Source of the DNA: a candidate division WOR-3 bacterium
GTDB lineage: Bacteria; Hydrothermota; Tepidihabitantia; Tepidihabitantales; JAOUPE01
Direction: 5' to 3'
DNA length: 20,435 nucleotides
NCBI GenBank assembly: GCA_039801565.1
Contig: JBDRUX010000039.1
Span: 1-20,435, forward strand
Part shown: piece after piece, positions 9,933-17,162 of the stretch
Layout of the letters: each line of letters starts with the position of its first letter
Position numbering within the stretch: the stretch's first letter is position 1
Program-made: the position numbers and the translations under genes
Notes under the pieces: generated by a model
Seen by the model: only the letters and a program-made list of their open reading frames with translations
The model's database searches: none
What the model was told of the DNA's origin: nothing

Positions 9933-10480
9933 AAAGTATTTACATTCTACCGTTGGGCGAGATTGCACCGGAAATTTTAACTGCGATTAAGACCGAATTA
10001 ACCAATGTCTTTCAAGTCCCCACGAAAATTCTTATGCCGGTCGCCAATCCTTCCTACGCCTTTGAGCCAAAGCGTTGCCAATATTATTCCAGCAAAATCT
10101 TAAAAGCAATTAGTCAGTACCTTCCCCACGATGGCTTGCGGGTATTGGGTATTACCGAGGTGGACTTGTGTACCCCGGTTTTGACCTTTGTCTTTGGCGA
10201 AGCCCTTTTAGACGGGGTTGCCGCGGTAATTTCATTGGCACGCCTCCGTCAAGAATTCTATCAATTGCCAGCCAATATGGCAATTCTAATCAATCGGGCA
10301 GTGAAAGAAGCGATTCACGAATTAGGTCACACCTTTGGACTGGTTCATTGTAATGATTCTCAATGTGTCATCTCGTTTTCGCCCAATGTCTTAAGTGTTG
10401 ACCACAAAGGCAGTAATTTCTGCCCACTATGTCAGGAAATTTTGACTAATCGAATTGTCGAGATGATTGAACCGAAATGA
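9929..10480 (+). CDS. amzA: Archaemetzincin-family Zn metalloprotease (peptidase M54)
   Basis: HELGHTFGLVHC-x4-C...FCPLC, plus DLCTPVLTFVFGEA and AVISLARL. ATGA overlap with the HK. Confidence 0.92.
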   Translation: MKSIYILPLGEIAPEILTAIKTELTNVFQVPTKILMPVANPSYAFEPKRCQYYSSKILKAISQYLPHDGLRVLGITEVDLCTPVLTFVFGEALLDGVAAVISLARLRQEFYQLPANMAILINRAVKEAIHELGHTFGLVHCNDSQCVISFSPNVLSVDHKGSNFCPLCQEILTNRIVEMIEPK

Positions 10481-10560
10481 AAACAATAACCAAAATTAGC
10501 AAAAAAGAGCAACGACAAATTAACACCGATAAACTACAGCATTTTAGAAAGGAAGGTTAA

Positions 10561-11913
10561 ATGGACCGAATTTTGGTTGTTGATGATGAAGAGATTATGC
10601 GCGAATCGCTAACCGATTGGCTGAAAGAGGACGGCTATGAGGTCTTAGCGGTTGAAGACGGCTTTAAAGCTTTAGAAGCCATCCAAAAACAAACCTTCAG
10701 TGTAATGTTAGTCGACTTAAAGATGCCGAAGATGGATGGCTTAGAAGTCTTACGAGAGGTGAAAAGACTCGGCATTGAGACACCAGTCATTATCATCACG
10801 GCGTATGCGACAGTTGATACCGCAGTAGCAGCAATGAAAGAGGGAGCTTATGACTATATCATCAAACCCTTTAATCCCGAAGAACTGGGACTGGCAATTA
10901 AAAAGATTATTGAGCACCAACATTTAAAAAAGGAGAATATTCTTTTACGTAAAGAACTGAGCAAACGCTATCAGTTTCAAGATATCATCGGGAAAAGTCC
11001 TAAGATGCAAGCGGTCTTTGAACTGATTCGGACGGTAGCACCAACTAAATCTACGGTATTAATTCAAGGCGAATCGGGTACCGGCAAAGAGATGGTTGCT
11101 CGAGCAATTCATGAGGCGAGTTTAAGAAAAGACGGTCCTTTTATCGCTTTAGCTTGTGGCGCCTTACCCGAAACTTTATTGGAAGCCGAACTCTTTGGTC
11201 ACGAGAAGGGTGCCTTTACTGGTGCCAATTTTCAAAAGAAAGGAAAACTTGAGTTAGCCGATGGTGGCACTCTCTTCTTAGATGAAATTGGTGATATCAG
11301 TCCAAAGAGTCAAGTTGATTTATTACGATTCCTTCAGGAGAGAGAGTTTCGACGCTTGGGTGGTACCGAGACGATTAAAGTTGATGTCCGAATTATTGCC
11401 GCCACCAATAAGAATTTATTGAAATTGGTGGAACAAGGGAAATTCCGCGACGACCTCTACTACCGGCTCAATGTGATAACGATTACACTTCCACCTTTGC
11501 GGGAAAGAAAAGAGGATATACCGTTACTGATTACCCATTTTTTAGAAAAATATAATATCGAAACTGGTAAAAGAATTGAAAAAATTTCCGAAGCGGCGAT
11601 GAATATTTTAATGGATTACCATTGGCCTGGTAATGTTCGGGAACTGGAGAATACGATTGAACATGCAGTTGTAGTCAGCGAAGGTAATACGATAATGCCA
11701 AATAGTTTACCCGATTTTTTGAAAAAGAAAGAACCGACACCAATTGATACCAGTAAATCGTTGGAAGAGATGGAAAAACAACATATCATTCAGGTCTTAA
11801 AAGAACAGCAGGGCAATATCAGTCGAGCTGCGGAAATCTTAGGTATCAATCGTGTCACGCTTTATCGAAAAATGAAGGAGTATGATATAAAAATAGAAGA
11901 TTCTGACAAATAA
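10561..11913 (+). CDS. sigma54-dependent response regulator (REC-AAA+-Fis HTH, NtrC/AtoC/ZraR family)
   Basis: ILVVDD, VDLKMP phosphoacceptor, Walker A GESGTGKE, intact GAFTGA, Walker B LFLDEI, WPGNVRELEN and HTH NISRAAEILGINRVTLYRK. Confidence 0.96.
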   Translation: MDRILVVDDEEIMRESLTDWLKEDGYEVLAVEDGFKALEAIQKQTFSVMLVDLKMPKMDGLEVLREVKRLGIETPVIIITAYATVDTAVAAMKEGAYDYIIKPFNPEELGLAIKKIIEHQHLKKENILLRKELSKRYQFQDIIGKSPKMQAVFELIRTVAPTKSTVLIQGESGTGKEMVARAIHEASLRKDGPFIALACGALPETLLEAELFGHEKGAFTGANFQKKGKLELADGGTLFLDEIGDISPKSQVDLLRFLQEREFRRLGGTETIKVDVRIIAATNKNLLKLVEQGKFRDDLYYRLNVITITLPPLRERKEDIPLLITHFLEKYNIETGKRIEKISEAAMNILMDYHWPGNVRELENTIEHAVVVSEGNTIMPNSLPDFLKKKEPTPIDTSKSLEEMEKQHIIQVLKEQQGNISRAAEILGINRVTLYRKMKEYDIKIEDSDK

Positions 11914-11932
11914 TTAGTCTTAAATGCTGAAG

Positions 11933-12343
11933 TTATTTTATTTTGATGAAAGGAATCTCTCGTCCCCCTTTCTTAAAGAAAATATCTTTTGGGATTTCAA
12001 AGGGGCAAAGCTCATTTGCTTTTAAATCATACCTTATGGGGTTCTTTAGAATCCCGAAGTCTTGGGTAATACCGTTCCAAAGGTATGATGCTATTTTTGA
12101 CCCAGTCTTTTAAGCGACTACTCTCCATATGCCAATCCGCCTAAGGCGGAAGAATTGGAACTTCTTCTTTTTCTCTTAAGATTGTGAAAGTATTCCATTT
12201 TTAATTCCTTTTTGCTTTAAGGGTAATCTTTTAATCCAACAAGTCAAACGTTTCTTACTTAACTTTACAATATCACTCAGCCCTTTCGGTAGAGTTTTGT
12301 CCTTCCTTAATAGCTCATCCTTAGCCGATATCCCTTCTAACAT
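11933..12343 (-). pseudogene. Decayed two-gene remnant (HTH-like 55-aa ORF 12176..12343 plus a broken ORF from 12198)
   Basis: Manual translation gives MLEGISAKDELL...LSDIVKLSKKRLTCWIKRL. An overlapping SD+ATG at 12198 continues across frameshifts and stops as ILREKEEVPIL..ADWH..KDWVKNSIIPL..GGREIPFIKIK*. Confidence 0.3.
12136..12150. repeat. Short GC-rich palindrome TCCGCCT-A-AGGCGGA (REP-like)
   Basis: Perfect 7-bp arms in an AT-rich context. Confidence 0.55.
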
Positions 12344-12392
12344 CTTCCAATAAAACTGGATACCGTGTCTGTTGCCGCTTGCACTAACTGGC

Positions 12393-12420
12393 TTGACAAA
12401 ACCTACTTTTTTGATATAGT
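12393..12420 (+). promoter_or_regulatory. sigma70-type promoter of the rrf2 operon (leaderless or very short leader)
   Basis: TTGACA-16 bp-TATAGT with an extended TG, 9 nt before ATG 12430, with no SD. Confidence 0.7.
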
Positions 12421-12429
12421 ATTAAAGTA

Positions 12430-12852
12430 ATGAAGTTAACAACAAAAACCAGGTATGCGGTAAGGGCAATGGCATATCTTGGATGTCAGTTCGGCAAGAG
12501 GACCGTTAATCTTAAAGAGGTTGCCTGTAACGAGGGCATTGCCGAAAAATATCTTGAGCAGATTTTTTATAAATTGAGCAGGGCAGGACTGCTCAGGACA
12601 AAGAAAGGTCCTGGTGGTGGTTATGAACTTACAAAGAAGCCCTCGGCTATTAAATTAAAAGATATAATGTCTGCTGTTGGTGAATCCTTTGCACCGGTAA
12701 TGTGCGTCGCAGATAATAAAACTAAGGTTTGTCCCAGAAGCGAAAATTGTCCAGCAAGGCCATACTGGCAGAAATTAAAACAAGTCATAAAGCAGTTTTT
12801 AGGAAAACATACCCTTGCCGATATCTGCAGAAATTCTTTAAAATATGGCTAA
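12430..12852 (+). CDS. Rrf2-family transcriptional regulator (IscR/CymR-like, three C-terminal Cys)
   Basis: MKLTTKTRYAVRAM, YLEQIF, KGPGGGYEL and C-x8-C-x5-C (MCVADNKTKVCPRSENC). Confidence 0.94.
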   Translation: MKLTTKTRYAVRAMAYLGCQFGKRTVNLKEVACNEGIAEKYLEQIFYKLSRAGLLRTKKGPGGGYELTKKPSAIKLKDIMSAVGESFAPVMCVADNKTKVCPRSENCPARPYWQKLKQVIKQFLGKHTLADICRNSLKYG

Positions 12853-13828
12853 GGCAATCGGTTTACTCTCGGGGGGTCTGGATTCAACCCTTGCGGTAAA
12901 ACTGATAATTGAGCAAGGGATAGAAGTTATTGCTTTAAATTTTGCTACCCCTTTCTGCACCTGCACAAAAAAGGGCTGTCAGAATGAGGCAAAAAAGGTT
13001 GCCGAAAAATTAGGTATTGAATTAAATATTATCGGTCTTAAAGAAGAATATATTAATCTTGTAAAAAATCCTAAATATGGTTATGGCAAGAATATGAATC
13101 CCTGTATTGATTGCAGGATTTATATGTTTTCAAAGGCGCGAGAATATATGGAAGAAATGCAAGCGGATTTTGTCTTCACCGGTGAGGTGCTCGGCGAGAG
13201 ACCGATGTCGCAGAATTTAAGGGCGATGGAGATAATTGAAAAAGAATCCGGACTTAAAGGAAGGTTATTGAGACCTTTGAGTGCAAAATTTTTTGAGCCA
13301 ACGATTCCTGAGATGGCAGGGATTGTAAATCGTGAAAAATTGCTCAATATCAGTGGTCGCTCACGAAAGCCCCAGATTTCACTTGCAAAAGAAAAGAATA
13401 TCTTTCACTATCCCTGTCCTGCTGGTGGTTGTCGCTTAACCGACCCTAATTTTGCCCGCAGATTAAAAGAGGCATTTGAACATAGTGAAGATTCTTTTGA
13501 AGATATTATGCTTTTGAGATACGGCCGACACTTCCGCCTACCCAGTGGGGCAAAGGTAATCGTGGGAAGGAATGAGTCAGAAAATACCATATTAACAAAC
13601 TACGCAAGAAATAACGCCCATATTGCCCTTGAGGTTAAGGATTTTGTTGGGCCAATAACACTCCTTTATAAACACAAAACCGAAGATGATGTAAAAATTG
13701 CGGCCCAGCTCTGCCTCACTTATAGCGATTATAAAAGAGAAATACCAACCTGGGTCAATGTTGGAGGCAAAGAATTGATTTTAGCAACACCGATGCCGCT
13801 TCAGGAAATTATGAGATTTAAAATATGA
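12845..13828 (+). CDS. PP-loop tRNA sulfurtransferase-like protein (THUMP-less ThiI/MnmA-related), copy 2
   Basis: SGGLDS, FCTCTKKGC, NPCIDC, GEVLGERPMSQ, CPAGGC, GRHFRLPS. Clear paralog of 3326..4303. Confidence 0.82.
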   Translation: MAKAIGLLSGGLDSTLAVKLIIEQGIEVIALNFATPFCTCTKKGCQNEAKKVAEKLGIELNIIGLKEEYINLVKNPKYGYGKNMNPCIDCRIYMFSKAREYMEEMQADFVFTGEVLGERPMSQNLRAMEIIEKESGLKGRLLRPLSAKFFEPTIPEMAGIVNREKLLNISGRSRKPQISLAKEKNIFHYPCPAGGCRLTDPNFARRLKEAFEHSEDSFEDIMLLRYGRHFRLPSGAKVIVGRNESENTILTNYARNNAHIALEVKDFVGPITLLYKHKTEDDVKIAAQLCLTYSDYKREIPTWVNVGGKELILATPMPLQEIMRFKI

Positions 13829-14178
13829 TAAAGATTTGTAAATTTATACTTGTATTTCTGGTTATGCTCAATACAGAATGTTGTAAGCAACAATCCAAAG
13901 AACATAACCAACCATTTATTAAAATTCTAACAGCCGATGAAATCGTCAGTGCGCCCGAAAAATACAAAGGCACTTTGGCGGTCTTGGGCACAGTTATAAA
14001 GATTGATGAGTCTAAGAATACATTTCTTTTAGGTTGCGAAGATGCCTGTTTCTCTTTGCCCGTTGAATATCAAGGACCGATGCCGGAAGTAAACAGTAAT
14101 GTTATTGTTTATGGCAAAATTAAAAGACAAGAAAACGGTAAATATATCTTTTGGGGCAAAGAGGTTAAGAAAAAATGA
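13825..14178 (+). CDS. Small exported or lipoprotein-like protein, OB-fold-like, with a CxxxC motif
   Basis: Signal-like N-terminus ending in CC, beta-rich core (VLGTVIKID...FLLGCEDACFSLPVEYQG...VIVYGKI). ATGA overlaps at both ends. Confidence 0.65.
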   Translation: MIKICKFILVFLVMLNTECCKQQSKEHNQPFIKILTADEIVSAPEKYKGTLAVLGTVIKIDESKNTFLLGCEDACFSLPVEYQGPMPEVNSNVIVYGKIKRQENGKYIFWGKEVKKK

Positions 14179-15776
14179 AGGTAAAGAAGAAGTTCTACTC
14201 ACTAATAGTCTTTATCGCAATCCTTCTATTTCATCCGGTTTACTACATATTGCGAACTTCGCAAATCTCCCGGCAATGGGCACAGATTGAAAATGTATCA
14301 ATATTATCAATATACTTTCAGCGCCAGGAATTCTTCATAGGAATTTCTTATGCCTTGGCTGGTGCATTTACAGTGTATGCTCTTATAAAGTACATTGAAA
14401 GGATAATGGGTGTTGCCGGAGTATTAACCGGGGTTACGCTAACCGGCATTCTCTATCTTGCCGGCTGCTTCTTTTTAGGTTGCTGTGGTTCACCAATGCT
14501 TGTGGTATATTTATCATTGTTCGGTGCATCTTTTTTAAAATTTACCAAGCCGCTTGTCCTGTTAATAACATTTTTTTCAGTAACGATTGGATTTATCTGG
14601 ATGAATAAAAAGAAAACTCCAAAATCGTGCTGTGCAGAAAATGAAAAGTGTATTAGTAATTTAAATGAAGGCTCGCCCAAAAAATCAATAGGTGATATCC
14701 TCTCTGAACTCAAGAAGGGAATGAGCCTTGCCAAATGTAAAAAGTGCGGGTGTATGAAAGAAACTTTGGAACAATTGCAGGTTTTTTATAAGACAAAACA
14801 GATTAGTGAACTTACGGATATAATTAAAAGTGTGAATACATGGTTAAATCAGATGGAGGAAATAGAATACCACTGCCTCGGCTGCGAACATTGCTATCCT
14901 GCAGTAGCAATGAATAATTTTGTGCGGATCTTCCCTGAATATGCAGCGATTCAATCAACAAGTTGCAATTTTGAAATCAACCAGGAAGTGTGGCCGCCCG
15001 TGCCTGGAGAATATTTTGTCCTCTGTGATAGTAAGGATTGCCCGGTGGCGGTCTCAACACTCGCCAGCCCTCAACTTTCGGAAAAGATTGCTAATATAAG
15101 GCCAGAAGGACTCTGTATCATTGGTAAGACCGAGACCGAAAACATCGGCATTGAGAAGGTCGTCAAGAATGTGATTACCAACCCAACAATTCGCTTTCTC
15201 CTCTTAACTGGTAAAGACCCAAAAGGTCATTACAGTGGCCAGACATTCCTTGCCTTAGCCAAAAACGGTGTTGATGACGGGATGAAAGTGGTCGGTTCTT
15301 CTGGTCGACTGCCAATATTTAGAAATCTAACCAGGGAAGAAATAAGTGCATTCAGGGAACAAGTTCAAATTGTAGATATGATCGGCTGCGAAGATGCAAG
15401 TCGAATCGTTGATAAAATCAAAGAACTCGGTTCTCTTTCGTTAAAGAAGATAACCGGTAGCGGGAAATTTACCAAAACAGTTGCGGCGCCGATTGTCCAG
15501 GCAAAAGAGACAAAGAAGATAGCGATGGACAAAGCCGGTTATTTTATAATCATTCCCCAGTTACAAAAGGGTCTTATCGTTGTAGAACACTATTCTAATA
15601 GAAATGAGTTATTGCGGGTGATTGAAGGTAAAGATGCGGCAAGTATTTATAAGACGATTACTGAAAATGGCTGGGTTACTCAACTCTCCCATGCCGCTTA
15701 TCTTGGAAAGGAACTAACAAAAGCTGAACTTTCAATGAAACTTGGATTTAAGTATATCCAGGATGGTGCATATTAA
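14175..15776 (+). CDS. Fusion protein: about 4 TM (CC motif) + Cys-rich domain + MtrA-like corrinoid-binding domain + DUF4346-like domain
   Basis: MtrA signature WPPVPGEY...PVAVSTLAS...GKTETENIGIEKVVKNVITNPTIRFLLLTG...GHYSGQ. C-terminal DKAGYFII...HAAYLGKELTKAE...YIQD. N-terminal GCCGSP in the TM region, plus CKKCGC and CLGCEHC. Confidence 0.85.
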   Translation: MKVKKKFYSLIVFIAILLFHPVYYILRTSQISRQWAQIENVSILSIYFQRQEFFIGISYALAGAFTVYALIKYIERIMGVAGVLTGVTLTGILYLAGCFFLGCCGSPMLVVYLSLFGASFLKFTKPLVLLITFFSVTIGFIWMNKKKTPKSCCAENEKCISNLNEGSPKKSIGDILSELKKGMSLAKCKKCGCMKETLEQLQVFYKTKQISELTDIIKSVNTWLNQMEEIEYHCLGCEHCYPAVAMNNFVRIFPEYAAIQSTSCNFEINQEVWPPVPGEYFVLCDSKDCPVAVSTLASPQLSEKIANIRPEGLCIIGKTETENIGIEKVVKNVITNPTIRFLLLTGKDPKGHYSGQTFLALAKNGVDDGMKVVGSSGRLPIFRNLTREEISAFREQVQIVDMIGCEDASRIVDKIKELGSLSLKKITGSGKFTKTVAAPIVQAKETKKIAMDKAGYFIIIPQLQKGLIVVEHYSNRNELLRVIEGKDAASIYKTITENGWVTQLSHAAYLGKELTKAELSMKLGFKYIQDGAY

Positions 15777-15899
15777 AATAGTTTACGATACAATTCTTAA
15801 TACAATCGGCTCGCTGATACACTAATTCGTATGTCAGTGGGTATTGAAAATCGTGATGATTTAATTGAAGATATAGACCAGGCGCTGGCACGAATATGA
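15763..15899 (+). pseudogene. Deletion scar: N-terminus of a cysteine synthase/cystathionine beta-synthase joined to the C-terminus of a Cys/Met PLP lyase
   Basis: 15763..15810 reads MVHIKIVYDTILNTIG. 15810..15899, in another frame, reads LADTLIRMSVGIENRDDLIEDIDQALARI*. Confidence 0.75.
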
Positions 15900-15931
15900 C
15901 AGCAATGAAAGAAAAGTAAATGTAACTAATT

Positions 15932-16528
15932 ATGGACCAACTATATAAAAAAGGCCTCCATCTTGAATATTTTACCGTTGGTTATAATGCCATTGAAGCC
16001 ATTGTATCAATCACAGTTGGAAGCATTGCAAATTCCATCGCTCTGATTGGATTTGGTCTTGACAGTATAGTTGAATCATTGTCGGGTTTAGTTTTGATTT
16101 GGCGTCTGAATCAGCATAAAAGGATATCAAAGGACGAAGAGGAAAGGATTGAAAGAAAAGCAATGAAATTTGTCGCCATAACCTTCTTTATACTCGGATT
16201 ATATGTTCTATTCCAATCTGTAAAGAAGTTAATAATCAGAGATGTCCCAGAGGCATCTTTGCCCGGCATAATAGTTGCGATTGTTTCAATAATCGTTATG
16301 CCAATATTAACTTTTCAAAAATATAACATTGGAAAACAAATAAATAGTCGGGCATTAATTGCGGATTCCAAGGAAACATTGGCGTGCTCTTTTCTTTCTT
16401 TAGCATTACTTATAGGATTAGGATTAAATTACCTGATTGGTTTCTGGCAGGCCGACCCAATAGTCGGTTTAATAATTGTGCTTTTTTTATTTAAAGAAGG
16501 TTTAGAAGGTTGGAAAGAATCAGGATAA
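15932..16528 (+). CDS. Cation diffusion facilitator-family metal transporter, TM-only form
   Basis: YNAIEAIVSI, SIALIGFGLDSIVES, SRALIADSKET, WQADP; six TM helices and no cytoplasmic C-terminal domain. Confidence 0.88.
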   Translation: MDQLYKKGLHLEYFTVGYNAIEAIVSITVGSIANSIALIGFGLDSIVESLSGLVLIWRLNQHKRISKDEEERIERKAMKFVAITFFILGLYVLFQSVKKLIIRDVPEASLPGIIVAIVSIIVMPILTFQKYNIGKQINSRALIADSKETLACSFLSLALLIGLGLNYLIGFWQADPIVGLIIVLFLFKEGLEGWKESG

Positions 16529-16674
16529 AAAAGACTAGCTATGATTAATCAATAATTATTTTAATTGCCCTTTGATAAGCTGGCATAGTCCTCCTAGGCA
16601 ATCCTGATTTGATTGTTCATAAACTCCTTGCGATGTTTTTCGGGCATCTTAATTCGAACCGGCTGCCGGTCCCT

Positions 16675-16892
16675 TGAGATAATAGGGAAGCCACCAACCA
16701 TTACTCAAGGCTCCTCGCCAATCTCTTTTTCAACGCCGGCTTCGTCGTCACGGTGTTAAATCCAATCCGTAGCCACGCCATCCGAAATACCACCCAAAAC
16801 CGGAAAGTGAAAAGTGAAAAAACGATGTCCTCTCAATAGCGCTAGCTTACCGCCTGAAAACTACTGAACCAGTTAAAACACCCAAGCCGTAA
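16675..16892 (+). mobile_element. IS110-family transposase remnant (DEDD domain fragment, frameshifted)
   Basis: From 16687: EATNHYSRLLANLFFNAGFVVTVLNPIRSHAIRNTTQNRKVKS, a frameshift, then NDVLSIALAYR. This fits the IS110 pattern EATGxY...VNP...KTDxxDAxxIA. Confidence 0.8.
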
Positions 16893-16944
16893 AGAGTTTT
16901 TCAGTTGGGAAGAACCTGAATTTTAACAATTGCAATAAAATAAT

Positions 16945-17106
16945 TATTCAATTTTGAAACAGATATGTTGCATATTGTATAAATTATTTAACTCTTTGAA
17001 AATAAAAGCATAATAAAAATTTATTCTAATCAGTGTTTAATTTTGCAGCAAATTTACCTTATCTTTTTATTGCTATTTTTGTAAGTCTTTATTTTTCAAT
17101 ATATTA
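16945..17106 (+). promoter_or_regulatory. Candidate enhancer (UAS) sites and IHF site of the sigma54 promoter
   Basis: Three related 17-mers: TATTCAATTTTGAAACA (16945), TGTTGCATATTGTATAA (16966), TGTTTAATTTTGCAGCA (17034). IHF-like TTTCAATATATTA at 17094-17106. Confidence 0.45.
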
Positions 17107-17119
17107 AATTTTGAATCCT

Positions 17120-17136
17120 TAGGCATAAAGATTGCA
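17120..17136 (+). promoter_or_regulatory. sigma54 (-24/-12) promoter
   Basis: TAGGCATAAAGATTGCA, with GG(17122-3)-N10-GC(17134-5); matches TGGCAC-N5-TTGC. Confidence 0.8.
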
Positions 17137-17162
17137 TATGGGTAGGTATGAAAGGAAGCAAA

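Noticed and set aside
14175..15776. Evidence of methanogenesis or an archaeal origin of the window
   Set aside because: No mtrB-H or mcr genes; the context is bacterial (L27, sigma70 and sigma54 promoters, NtrC-family regulator).
11911..16541. Terminal inverted repeats for the island (TAATTAGTCTT / AAGACTAGCTA)
   Set aside because: A 9 of 11 match in AT-rich DNA is expected by chance.
17148..17162. ATG 17148 as the start codon
   Set aside because: It coincides with the predicted sigma54 TSS, whereas ATG 17163 has a well-spaced SD (AAAGGAAG).
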